Origin: Lachnospiraceae bacterium UBA1712
Lineage (GTDB): Bacteria; Bacillota; Clostridia; Lachnospirales; Lachnospiraceae
Assembly (NCBI GenBank): GCA_002317175.1
Contig: DCJA01000036.1
Location: 99,242 to 163,241 of the forward strand
Reading direction: 5' to 3'
Length of the DNA: 64,000 nt
The notes beneath the pieces were generated by a model, which worked only from the letters and a program-made list of their open reading frames with translations, was not told where the DNA came from and did not search any database. The position numbers and the translations under genes are program-made. How positions within the stretch are numbered: the first letter of the stretch is position 1; every line of letters starts with the position of its first letter. This document shows positions 38,726 to 48,285 of this stretch, piece after piece.

Positions 38726-38744
38726 TGAGAAAGGGTGTTAAGAT

Positions 38745-40178
38745 ATGACTTGTCCTAAATGTGGTCATGAACTTGCAGAGGGCAACATGTACTGCGAAGT
38801 ATGTGGAGAGGAAATGCAAATAGTTCCTGATTTTGAGCCTGAAATTGAAAACAGCATGTCGGATGTACTTAGTGACGTTGCTGATCAGATAGATCCTACC
38901 AGAACTGAAAAAGAAGTTGAACACATTCGTTTTCTTACAGATACCATAGATATAAGTAATGATGTTGTTATTCTTCCTAAGAATCTGCTTATCAAATGTA
39001 TGGTAGCGGTAATATCACTTATAAGTATTGCTGTGATTATTATTGCGGTATTTATCTATAGAGATAATTCTTATGATTATCAGCTTAGGAAGGGTGATGA
39101 GAGCCTCGCAAAAGGAGATTATAATGAGGCTGTTGATTATTACCAGGATGCTTACAGGCTGGATAAAACCAATACTGAAGCATTAAAAAGAATAGCATCG
39201 GTATATGAAAACTATGAGAATCTGGATAAGGCTGAAGAAACTTATCTTAGAATAGTAGAATACAACGGAGATTTGACAGCCTTAGAAGCTTTAATTAACT
39301 TGTATGTTAATGATGAGAAATATTCTGAAGTATGTTCGCTTCTTGAACAGTATGGAGATGAACGGATTGTTGAGAAGTATAAAAAATATATGTCTCCATT
39401 GCCAGAGTTTTCTCTGCAAGAGGGTGAATATACAGAGGTTAAGGAACTGGTGTTAAGTTCCTCAGAGGAAGGCAATATATATTATACATTGGATGGATCC
39501 GAACCTGGTTCTGACAGTGAAGAGTATGAGATGTCCATTGTACTAAGAAATGGCGTATATAATGTAAGTGCTATTTTTGTAAATGGGTATGGAATAAGCT
39601 CTGAGGTTGTAACTAAGAAATATACGATAATTACTAACGTTCCTGAAAGCCCTATTGTTAGCCTTCAGGAAGGCGTGTACGAGGTGCCACAGCTAATCAG
39701 AGTAATTGCACCTCTGAATTCAAATGTATATTATACTACAGATGGCACAGAACCTTCCAAAAACAGTGCTATTTATACAGACCCAATAGCAATTCCTGTG
39801 GGTGATTCGTTCTACAGATTTGTAGCTATAAATGACGAAGATATAGCTAGTGAGATTATATCTGTGCATTACACTCTTAATGTTGAAACTAACATAAGTC
39901 AGCAGGAAGCAATTGATCTTGTGAGAAACAGACAGTATGAGCTTGGCAGAGTTACTACGCCTGAAGGTAATGTGGCTGGAAGTGAAGGCAAATATATGTA
40001 TTCATATAGTGAACTTCGCTATGTTCAAAACAGAACAATGTATTTTATCAGTGAGTACTATCAGGAAGGCACTATAAGAATGGTAACCGGCAATCTTTTT
40101 GCTGTAGATGTATATGATGGTCAGATATATCAGGCAGTTGCAGGAAGCAATAACAATTATTCGCTGATAAAGTATTAA
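38745..40178 (+). CDS. Zinc-ribbon/TM/TPR protein with tandem FN3-associated (chitobiase C-terminal-like) domains
   Basis: CPKCG..CEVCG at the N-terminus, one TM, TPR-like helices, and two repeats (IYYTLDGSEP, VYYTTDGTEP). Confidence 0.75.
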   Translation: MTCPKCGHELAEGNMYCEVCGEEMQIVPDFEPEIENSMSDVLSDVADQIDPTRTEKEVEHIRFLTDTIDISNDVVILPKNLLIKCMVAVISLISIAVIIIAVFIYRDNSYDYQLRKGDESLAKGDYNEAVDYYQDAYRLDKTNTEALKRIASVYENYENLDKAEETYLRIVEYNGDLTALEALINLYVNDEKYSEVCSLLEQYGDERIVEKYKKYMSPLPEFSLQEGEYTEVKELVLSSSEEGNIYYTLDGSEPGSDSEEYEMSIVLRNGVYNVSAIFVNGYGISSEVVTKKYTIITNVPESPIVSLQEGVYEVPQLIRVIAPLNSNVYYTTDGTEPSKNSAIYTDPIAIPVGDSFYRFVAINDEDIASEIISVHYTLNVETNISQQEAIDLVRNRQYELGRVTTPEGNVAGSEGKYMYSYSELRYVQNRTMYFISEYYQEGTIRMVTGNLFAVDVYDGQIYQAVAGSNNNYSLIKY

Positions 40179-40199
40179 TTAAATTAAGCATATTTAAGT

Positions 40200-40231
40200 A
40201 AAAAATCTCGGTTTTATGCCGGGATTTTTTT
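40200..40231 (+). terminator. Rho-independent terminator
   Basis: AAAAATCTCGG-loop-CCGGGATTTTT hairpin with T run. Confidence 0.75.
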
Positions 40232-40320
40232 ATTAGTTATTGATTTTTGTACTGTAATTTAATAAACTATATTTTGTGTTTTTATATGTTTTTTAATATA
40301 TTTATATATTTGGAGGATTT

Positions 40321-41196
40321 ATGTATAAAATAGTTGAAGCAAAAGAATTGGTGCCAAATATTTATATGATGGTTGTTGAAGCACCAAGAGTAGCAAAGAA
40401 ATGTAATCCTGGTCAGTTTCTTATTGTAAGAACTGATGAAACAAGTGAAAGAATCCCATTAACTATCTGCGATTATGATCGTGAAGCTGGTACAGTTACA
40501 ATTGTATTTCAGACTATCGGTGCGTCTACAAAGGTTATGGCAGATCTTAAAACAGGAGACAGCTTCCATGATGTAGTTGGACCATTAGGCAAGGCTAGTG
40601 AGCTTTGTGACACTCCTATTGATGAATTAAAAAAGAAAAACATTCTTTTTGTAGCAGGTGGTGTAGGTACAGCTCCTGTTTATCCACAGGTTAAATGGCT
40701 TAGCGAACGTGGAATTATGGCTGATGCTATTGTTGGTTCTAAGAATAAGGATCTTCTTATTATGGAAGATGAAATGAGTAAGGTATCTAATCTTTATGTA
40801 ACTACTGATGATGGCTCATATGGTCGTAGCGGAATGGTTACTAAGGTTATTGAGGATCTTGTTGCTGAAGAAAAAAAATATGATCTTTGTGTAGCAATAG
40901 GCCCAATGATTATGATGAAGTTTGTTGCAAAGCTTACAAAAGAACTTGGTATTCCAACTATTGTTTCAATGAATCCTATTATGGTTGACGGTACAGGTAT
41001 GTGTGGTGCATGTCGTGTTACTGTTGGCGATGAGATTAAATTTGCATGCGTTGATGGACCTGAATTTGATGGCCATTTGATTAACTTTGATGAGGCTATG
41101 AAGCGTCAGCAGTTATACAAGACGGAAGAAGGCAGAAAGATGCTTGAGTTAACTGAAGGCGATACTCATCATGGCGGATGTGGCAACTGTAATTAA
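40321..41196 (+). CDS. nfnA: Electron-bifurcating transhydrogenase small subunit (NfnA/PyrK-like)
   Basis: Motifs PGQF, ERIPLTI, GGVGTAP, MVDGTGMCGACRV and CVDGPEF. Adjacent to a GltD-like gene. Confidence 0.85.
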   Translation: MYKIVEAKELVPNIYMMVVEAPRVAKKCNPGQFLIVRTDETSERIPLTICDYDREAGTVTIVFQTIGASTKVMADLKTGDSFHDVVGPLGKASELCDTPIDELKKKNILFVAGGVGTAPVYPQVKWLSERGIMADAIVGSKNKDLLIMEDEMSKVSNLYVTTDDGSYGRSGMVTKVIEDLVAEEKKYDLCVAIGPMIMMKFVAKLTKELGIPTIVSMNPIMVDGTGMCGACRVTVGDEIKFACVDGPEFDGHLINFDEAMKRQQLYKTEEGRKMLELTEGDTHHGGCGNCN

Positions 41197-41216
41197 TTAG
41201 CTTATTGGAGGTCGAA

Positions 41217-42602
41217 ATGGACGTATTAAAGAAAGTACCTGTTCGTGAACAGGAAGCAAAGGTTAGAGCTACAAACTTTGAAGAAGTTTGTCTTGGATAT
41301 AATAAAGAAGAAGCTATGGAAGAGGCAGCCAGATGTATTAACTGTAAGAATGCACAGTGTGTTAAGGGCTGTCCTGTTTCAATCAATATTCCTGCATTTG
41401 TTGAGCAGGTAAAAGAAGGCAATATTGAAAAAGCTTATGAAGTGATTTCTGAATCTAGTGCACTTCCAGCAGTATGTGGTCGTGTATGTCCACAGGAAAG
41501 CCAGTGCGAAGGTAAGTGTATCAGAGGTATAAAAGGTGAGCCAATTAGCATTGGTAAGCTTGAGCGTTTTGTAGCTGATTATGCTTCAGAAAATGGAATT
41601 AAGCCAGCTGCAGCAACTGAGAAAAAGGGTAAAAAGGTTGCTGTTATAGGATCAGGCCCAGCCGGACTTACCTGTGCAGGTGATCTTGCCAAAATGGGAT
41701 ATGATGTTACTATTTTTGAAGCTTTACATGAGGCAGGCGGTGTGCTTGTATATGGTATTCCTGAGTTCCGTCTTCCAAAGACAAAGGTTGTTGCTAAGGA
41801 AATTGAGAATGTTAAGAGTCTTGGTGTTAAGATTGAAACTAATGTTATTATTGGTAAATCTATCACTATAGATGAGCTTATGGAAGAGGAAGGCTTCGAT
41901 GCAGTATTTATTGGATCAGGTGCCGGACTTCCAAAATTCATGGGTATTCCAGGTGAAACAGCAAATGGTGTATTCTCAGCTAATGAATACCTTACAAGAA
42001 GTAACCTTATGAAGGCTTTTGATGAAAAGAGTCCAACTCCAATTAAACGTGGTCAGAAGGTTGCTGTTGTTGGTGGTGGTAATGTAGCTATGGATGCTGC
42101 AAGAACTGCTCTTAGACTTGGTGCAGAGGTTCATATCGTATATAGACGTAGTGAAGAAGAACTTCCAGCCAGAGTAGAAGAAGTACATCATGCAAAAGAA
42201 GAAGGTATTATCTTTGATTTATTAACTAATCCAGTTGAAATCCTTAAGGATGAAGCAGGCTGGGTTAATGGTATCAAGTGCATTAAGATGGAACTTGGCG
42301 AGCCTGATGCTTCAGGTAGAAGAAGACCAGTTGAAGTTGCAGGCAGCGAATTTGTAATCGATGTTGATACTGTTATTATGTCATTGGGTACTTCTCCAAA
42401 TCCACTTATTTCAAGTACAACAGAAGGTCTTGATACTAATAGTCACAAGTGTATCGTTGCTGATGAAGAATTCGGTAAGACATCTAAGGAAGGTGTATTT
42501 GCCGGTGGTGATGCGGTTACTGGAGCAGCAACTGTTATTCTTGCTATGGGAGCAGGTAAAGCTGCTGCCAAGGGTATCGACGAATACCTTTCTAACAAAT
42601 AA
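41217..42602 (+). CDS. nfnB: Electron-bifurcating transhydrogenase large subunit (NfnB, GltD-like)
   Basis: Motifs RCINC..CVKGCP, CGRVCPQESQCE, GSGPAG, GGGNVAMD and FAGGD. ATG at 41217 follows GGAGG. Confidence 0.85.
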   Translation: MDVLKKVPVREQEAKVRATNFEEVCLGYNKEEAMEEAARCINCKNAQCVKGCPVSINIPAFVEQVKEGNIEKAYEVISESSALPAVCGRVCPQESQCEGKCIRGIKGEPISIGKLERFVADYASENGIKPAAATEKKGKKVAVIGSGPAGLTCAGDLAKMGYDVTIFEALHEAGGVLVYGIPEFRLPKTKVVAKEIENVKSLGVKIETNVIIGKSITIDELMEEEGFDAVFIGSGAGLPKFMGIPGETANGVFSANEYLTRSNLMKAFDEKSPTPIKRGQKVAVVGGGNVAMDAARTALRLGAEVHIVYRRSEEELPARVEEVHHAKEEGIIFDLLTNPVEILKDEAGWVNGIKCIKMELGEPDASGRRRPVEVAGSEFVIDVDTVIMSLGTSPNPLISSTTEGLDTNSHKCIVADEEFGKTSKEGVFAGGDAVTGAATVILAMGAGKAAAKGIDEYLSNK

Positions 42603-42618
42603 TTTGAGGTGAATATAT

Positions 42619-43431
42619 ATGCCATGGTGTCCTATTTGTAAAAATGAATATAAGGCAGGTTATACCGTATGTGCAGATTGTGGTTGTAAGCTTTTAGATG
42701 AGTTAGGCGAGGAAATAGTTGCATTCTTTGGTACTGAGGATGAAATAGACAGTATTGTTGATTATCTCAATTCAAAGGATATTGATTTCGCATATAAAAG
42801 ATACAACAACAGGGAAGCACATTATGAACTTCTTATTCAGGAAAATAAGAAGGAAGAAATCAGAAGCGTGATGAAGGATTATTTTACTAAGATAAGAAAA
42901 GTAGATATTTCTTCAGTGGATGATGATCAGACATTGCCTGTTTTTGATGATGAAGAACCTGTGACATTGAAGCGTTATAAGAAACCTGCAGAAAGAGCTG
43001 CCGAGTATAAGGCTGGCTTTCAGACTATGCTTTTAGTAGGCGGAGTAGGTATTATTGCGCTGGTGTTAATTGATGTTGGATTAATACCGATATATTTTCC
43101 AAAGGAAAGCAGTATTCTCATTAATGTAGTTATGGGTGGTATGTTCCTTGCCTTTATTGGCTTGGGAATTAATTCCTATAAGACCTATAAGAAGTTACTT
43201 CTTCAGACAGATGAGGATGATAAAACCGAAAAAGATATTACAGAATGGTTTGAAAAATCTGTTACAGTTGAAATGCTAACATCAGGTGAAAATAAAAAAG
43301 ATTCTGAAGAAATGCTGTATTTTAACAGATATAAAAAACTCAAGAAGATGATTAATAATCAGTTTCCTGGATTGGAAGCTTCTTTTGTAGAATATGTAAC
43401 AGATAAACTCTATAATGAAACATTCAAATAA
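42619..43431 (+). CDS. Hypothetical membrane protein with N-terminal zinc finger
   Basis: MPWCPICK...CADCG followed by two TM segments. GAGGTG RBS. Confidence 0.75.
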   Translation: MPWCPICKNEYKAGYTVCADCGCKLLDELGEEIVAFFGTEDEIDSIVDYLNSKDIDFAYKRYNNREAHYELLIQENKKEEIRSVMKDYFTKIRKVDISSVDDDQTLPVFDDEEPVTLKRYKKPAERAAEYKAGFQTMLLVGGVGIIALVLIDVGLIPIYFPKESSILINVVMGGMFLAFIGLGINSYKTYKKLLLQTDEDDKTEKDITEWFEKSVTVEMLTSGENKKDSEEMLYFNRYKKLKKMINNQFPGLEASFVEYVTDKLYNETFK

Positions 43432-43584
43432 TATAAATTTGTTGAATTTTTATAAAAATTAGAGTTTTTTGATAAAAATGTTATACATTTTTTGAAAATG
43501 ATGTTATAATAATTCTACCTAAAGTGTTTGTATATATAATTTATACAACAGCGTTATTATTACTTGCGTTTGGGGGTGCTACTT

Positions 43585-43842
43585 ATGGGCATGTTTGATT
43601 TCGGAAAAAAAGAATGTAAACCTCTTGAGGCTGTACTTTTCAGCTTACAGATGAATATGTCTAATAACTACAAAGATGCTACATGTGCAGATATGGCCAA
43701 GCTGGAAGCTTTATATGAAGCTTTAAGAAAAAACGGCGAGCTCAATGAGAAACAGATGGTACATTATGCAGAAGTAATAGACGAGTGGAAGGCCAAAACC
43801 AAGAACTTTGGTTATAAGAATCAGGCTCCAACAAGAAAATAA
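43585..43842 (+). CDS. Small hypothetical protein
   Basis: GGGGG RBS-like sequence before ATG at 43585 (alternative 43591). Has its own terminator downstream. Confidence 0.7.
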   Translation: MGMFDFGKKECKPLEAVLFSLQMNMSNNYKDATCADMAKLEALYEALRKNGELNEKQMVHYAEVIDEWKAKTKNFGYKNQAPTRK

Positions 43843-43849
43843 ATTTTTT

Positions 43850-43880
43850 AGGCTGTCATAGTATGACAGCCTTTTTTTTT
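43850..43880 (+). terminator. Rho-independent terminator
   Basis: AGGCTGTCATA-g-TATGACAGCCT inverted repeat followed by a long T run. Confidence 0.88.
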
Positions 43881-43936
43881 ATCGTTTTTTTTAGTATAAT
43901 TATAAAGGCTTTTTATGCGTATTAAGCGAGGGAAAT

Positions 43937-44959
43937 ATGGCTGATTTAGAGGTTGTGGAAAAACTTGATATAGATGTTCATCATGCCTGCAATATATTTG
44001 GTCAGTATGATTCGCACATGAAAACAATAGAGAATCAGATGCATGTGGATATTTACACGCAAAATGGAGAACTGGTCATCAAAGGCCATGAAAGTGCTGT
44101 GAATAATGCTAAAAAGGTTATTGGCACTTTACAGGAATTATCTAAAAGAGGTAATGAGATTTTGGAGCAGAATGTTAATTATGCAGTAGATATGGCGCTG
44201 GATAGTGAAGATACTGATGATTTACTGTCCATGGATAAAGAACTTATATGTCATACCATTAGTGGTAAGCCTATTAAACCAAAGACACTGGGGCAGAAAC
44301 AGTATGTTGATGCTATTAAGAAAAATATGATTGTTTTTGGAATGGGACCGGCTGGAACAGGAAAAACATATCTGGCTATGGCCATGGCTATTACTGCTTT
44401 TAAGAATAATGAGGTTGAAAGAATCATTTTGACAAGACCTGCTATAGAAGCGGGGGAAAAGCTTGGATTTTTACCTGGAGATTTACAATCAAAGGTGGAT
44501 CCTTATTTGAGACCTTTGTATGATGCCCTTTATCAGATTATGGGAGCTGATTCATTTGTGAAGAATATGGAAAAGGGGTTAATTGAGGTTGCTCCTCTTG
44601 CGTATATGCGTGGAAGGACCCTTGATAACGCCTATATCATCCTGGATGAGGCACAGAATACCACCCCGGCTCAGATGAAAATGTTTCTTACAAGAATTGG
44701 ATTTGGATCCAAGGTAATTGTAACTGGTGATGCAAGCCAGAAGGATCTTGCGCCTGGTCAGGTTTCGGGGCTAGATACAGCTGTAAAGGTTTTAAAAAAT
44801 ATAGATGAAATCGCCATGTGTAATCTTACGAATAAAGATGTTGTGAGACATCCACTTGTTCAGAAAATTGTCAAAGCGTATGACGATTATGAGAGCAGAC
44901 AGAAGAATAATAAGGACTATAGAAGAGAGAAGAGAATAGATGGAAGTATTCGTAGATAA
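43937..44959 (+). CDS. phoH: PhoH family ATPase
   Basis: Motifs GPAGTGKT, LGFLPGD, PLAYMRGRTL, LDEAQN and VVRHPLV. Confidence 0.93.
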   Translation: MADLEVVEKLDIDVHHACNIFGQYDSHMKTIENQMHVDIYTQNGELVIKGHESAVNNAKKVIGTLQELSKRGNEILEQNVNYAVDMALDSEDTDDLLSMDKELICHTISGKPIKPKTLGQKQYVDAIKKNMIVFGMGPAGTGKTYLAMAMAITAFKNNEVERIILTRPAIEAGEKLGFLPGDLQSKVDPYLRPLYDALYQIMGADSFVKNMEKGLIEVAPLAYMRGRTLDNAYIILDEAQNTTPAQMKMFLTRIGFGSKVIVTGDASQKDLAPGQVSGLDTAVKVLKNIDEIAMCNLTNKDVVRHPLVQKIVKAYDDYESRQKNNKDYRREKRIDGSIRR

Positions 44960-45440
44960 CGTAATTGAAGCAAAATTTGATTTTGATTATATGGATATTG
45001 CGTATAAGGTTTGTGAGACTGTTCTTGAACTTGAAAAATGTCCATTTGACTGCGAGATAAATATTACTATTACAGATAATGATGAGATTCATCAGATTAA
45101 CAAGGAGACCAGAGGAATTGACAGGCCTACGGATGTTTTATCATTTCCAAATCTCTACTTTGATGAAGCTGCACAGTTTGATTCTAAAGAAAATGAGATG
45201 GCCTCTATAGTGGATCCGGAATCTGAGCTTGTGGTTCTTGGGGATATAATTTTATCCTATGATAAGATTCTTCAACAGGCTGGGGAGTATGGCCATTCGG
45301 TATTACGTGAATATGCATTTTTGATTGCTCACAGTATGCTTCATCTTTGCGGATTTGATCATATGGAAGCCGATGATGCTGCCCTCATGGAAGAGCAACA
45401 GAGAATGGTTATGGATAAGCTTGGAATTGGAAGGGGTTAG
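44940..45440 (+). CDS. ybeY: rRNA maturation endoribonuclease YbeY
   Basis: Motifs PTDVLSF, LGDI and HSMLHLCGFDH. Confidence 0.95.
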   Translation: MEVFVDNVIEAKFDFDYMDIAYKVCETVLELEKCPFDCEINITITDNDEIHQINKETRGIDRPTDVLSFPNLYFDEAAQFDSKENEMASIVDPESELVVLGDIILSYDKILQQAGEYGHSVLREYAFLIAHSMLHLCGFDHMEADDAALMEEQQRMVMDKLGIGRG

Positions 45441-45445
45441 ATAAT

Positions 45446-47050
45446 ATGAACGTTAATAAAATGGTTAATATTATTAATAGTATAGTATATTTTGTTGTTC
45501 TGGTTCTTTGCTACAGAACACTTGGCAATTCCGGCATGGGCATTTTTATATGCTCATTTGTACTGTATTATCTTATTTTTACCATACTTGTTGGCAGTAT
45601 TCGAAATACTATTGCCAAGATGGTGTCTTCGAGAGTTAAGCGAGGCTTTAATGAGAATGCGAATAAGGTGTTCAGATACACTATTATTTACAGTGTTCTT
45701 ATTTCGCTTGTTGTTTGTGGCCTGATGGCGTTAATTGGTAACTGGATATGCAATTTAATATTCAAGGATAACCTTAGTGCATCAGTAATGGTGGTTTTTG
45801 GTGTACTTATGATAATTCATAGTCTGAGTGATGTGCTTAGAGGCTATTATTTAGGATTTGGCGGTAATAGTTCCATTCTCTATATAGGGGAGATATTTAA
45901 GGACATTATTCTTGTGGTATCAAGCATATTTATCGTTAATCATTTCAAGGGATATGGTATTAAGATTGCAGCTCTTAAAAATGACCAGATAATGGTTGGA
46001 ATTTATGGAGCTATTGGCGTTGTAATAGCTTTGTGCATTTCCTTCTTTGTATTCATGCTGATACTTATTGCAGGTATTAATAGCCTTAATAGACAGGACA
46101 ATTTCTCGTTTAATGAAGTAAGAAGCAAGGATGGATTTTTTACTTTCTTAAGATCTTATATTCCTGCTGCTGTTAAGAAACTTAGAGAAATTATTTTCCC
46201 TATCTTACCTGTATTTGTTATTGCTATGCTTCTGGTTAGATCCAATATGGTTACAGCAGCCTCAAAGGATCAGGTATATTCCAATGCATCGGTAGTGCTG
46301 ACACTGATTATACTGATTGTGGCTATACCGATTATGATTATTCGCAATTATACAGAGGTTCAGTATATTAAGCTTAGAATTGACTTCAAAAAAGAAGACA
46401 GAAAGACCTTACTGATTCAGTTTATGAATTTTATGAAATCAGTATTTACAATAGCAGTTCCTTTGTTTGTTAGTTTTGCAGCATTTTCGGGAGTTATTAC
46501 TTCTAAATTGCTTTTGTGTGACAATGGGTCAGCTACTGCAGTTGCAATTATTTGTGCTTTTGCTTTTCTACTTGCTGCGCTTGATCTTGTGTTTTGTGAA
46601 TCGCTTAGTGCAGTTAATCTTGAGATGGCTGTATTTATTGGCAATATAGCGGCTTTTGCTGTTAGTCTTATTTTTGGCATTGCGTGTTCAAAGTCTGGCA
46701 TGAAAATGACAGCGGCTGCAATGGCTATACTTTTGTTTTATCTGATAGCAATAATTATTCATGCTGTTTTTGCAGTTCAAAATATTGGATTCAGGATTAA
46801 TGATTTTCTTTCCAAACTTATTAAGATTGCTATTGCAATGCTTCCAATGCTTGTTCTGGATATCATTTTAGCCAAATTTGTAAGCATGAATATCGTCACA
46901 GGATTAATATGTGGCCTTATTGGATATATTGTTTATATGGTTGTTTTTGTTCTTTTGCAGGGAGTTAATCAGAAGGATATTAACAATCTACAGGGTTCAG
47001 TTATTTATTACGCATTTTCTCTTTTGGGAAATGTATTTCATGTTAGATAG
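45446..47050 (+). CDS. MOP superfamily flippase (SpoVB/polysaccharide biosynthesis-like), divergent
   Basis: About 14 TM segments with motifs LRGYYLG and YGAIG. Similarity to SpoVB/MurJ-type proteins is by eye only. Confidence 0.6.
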   Translation: MNVNKMVNIINSIVYFVVLVLCYRTLGNSGMGIFICSFVLYYLIFTILVGSIRNTIAKMVSSRVKRGFNENANKVFRYTIIYSVLISLVVCGLMALIGNWICNLIFKDNLSASVMVVFGVLMIIHSLSDVLRGYYLGFGGNSSILYIGEIFKDIILVVSSIFIVNHFKGYGIKIAALKNDQIMVGIYGAIGVVIALCISFFVFMLILIAGINSLNRQDNFSFNEVRSKDGFFTFLRSYIPAAVKKLREIIFPILPVFVIAMLLVRSNMVTAASKDQVYSNASVVLTLIILIVAIPIMIIRNYTEVQYIKLRIDFKKEDRKTLLIQFMNFMKSVFTIAVPLFVSFAAFSGVITSKLLLCDNGSATAVAIICAFAFLLAALDLVFCESLSAVNLEMAVFIGNIAAFAVSLIFGIACSKSGMKMTAAAMAILLFYLIAIIIHAVFAVQNIGFRINDFLSKLIKIAIAMLPMLVLDIILAKFVSMNIVTGLICGLIGYIVYMVVFVLLQGVNQKDINNLQGSVIYYAFSLLGNVFHVR

Positions 47051-47058
47051 GATTAGCG

Positions 47059-48285
47059 ATGAATATATGTGTTATAGGTGGAGGCGCCTCTGGCATGATG
47101 GCAGCAATTGCTGCAGCAAAAAATGGTGCAAATGTTTTTATTCTTGAGAAAAATGAGAGAGTAGGCAAAAAGATTCTTTCAACTGGTAATGGGAAATGTA
47201 ATCTTACTAACCTGGATTTTTCTCTTGATAAATATCACAGTACTGATAATAGACTTCTTGGAGATTATTTTGACAGATTCAATGAAAAAAGTACGATTGC
47301 TTTTTTTGGAGAATGTGGACTGATGCTTAAGAACAAATCGGGCTATATATATCCGTCCTGCGAACAGGCTTCTGTAGTTCTGGATGTGCTTAGACATATG
47401 CTGGATGTGCTTGGCATAAAAGAATATACCGAAGCGGGTGTTAAAGAAGTAAAGAAAATAGATGATAGATTTGTTATTAAGACTGTAGATAGGGAATATA
47501 GAGCTGACAGACTGATAATTGCCTGTGGCAGCCCTGCTGGAGTATCTAACAAAGATAAAAATATGCCAGGAATTAGTGGCTATGATATTGCAAAGTCATT
47601 TGGGCATAAGATAATTGATGTTCTTCCATCACTGGTTCAGGTTGAATGTGAAGAAAATTTCTTTAATTCAATTGCCGGAATAAGAGCAGACTGCTGTATA
47701 ACTCTTTTTGATGAGAATAAGGCTATTGCCAGAGAAAATGGAGAACTACAGCTTACCAATTATGGAATTTCTGGAATTCCTGTTTTTCAGCTGAGTGGAC
47801 TTATTTCACGTGAACTTAACTCTGGTAAAAAACTATATGCAGTTTTGGATTTTATGGAAGAACTTGATGAGGAAGCTTTTGCTGAGTTTATAAAAGGCAG
47901 AATTCATTCATTTAGAGGGGAGACAGTCGAAAACTACTTCCTTGGAATGGTCAATAAGAAGCTTTGCTCATTAATAATTAAACTTGGGGGCTTAAAGCCT
48001 TCAGATATTGTTTCAGATGAGCTTGCAGAGCCTGTGTTTATGGCTTCCCTTATGATGAAACAGTTTGTAGTAACTATAAAATCTACTAAGGGAATAGATA
48101 GTGCACAGGTGTGTACAGGTGGTGTATCTCTTTGTGAAGTGGACAGAAAGCTTATGTCTCTAAAAGAAGATGGACTGTATTTTTGTGGCGAAATATTAGA
48201 TGTTGATGGCAAATGTGGCGGTTATAATCTACAATGGGCCTGGACCAGTGGATATTTAGCGGGAACATATGCGTCTTTGGAATAA
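47059..48285 (+). CDS. HI0933/YhiN family flavoprotein
   Basis: Motifs GGGASGMMAA, GKKILSTGNGKCNLTN and GEILDVDGKCGGYNLQWAW. Confidence 0.9.
   Translation: MNICVIGGGASGMMAAIAAAKNGANVFILEKNERVGKKILSTGNGKCNLTNLDFSLDKYHSTDNRLLGDYFDRFNEKSTIAFFGECGLMLKNKSGYIYPSCEQASVVLDVLRHMLDVLGIKEYTEAGVKEVKKIDDRFVIKTVDREYRADRLIIACGSPAGVSNKDKNMPGISGYDIAKSFGHKIIDVLPSLVQVECEENFFNSIAGIRADCCITLFDENKAIARENGELQLTNYGISGIPVFQLSGLISRELNSGKKLYAVLDFMEELDEEAFAEFIKGRIHSFRGETVENYFLGMVNKKLCSLIIKLGGLKPSDIVSDELAEPVFMASLMMKQFVVTIKSTKGIDSAQVCTGGVSLCEVDRKLMSLKEDGLYFCGEILDVDGKCGGYNLQWAWTSGYLAGTYASLE

Noticed and set aside
40232-40320. Expected Rex site upstream of nfnAB
   Set aside because: No convincing TTGTNAA-N4-TTNACAA match in this very AT-rich stretch.
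41217-42602. Glutamate synthase small subunit annotation
   Set aside because: There is no gltB large subunit adjacent, and pairing with a PyrK-like gene indicates NfnAB.
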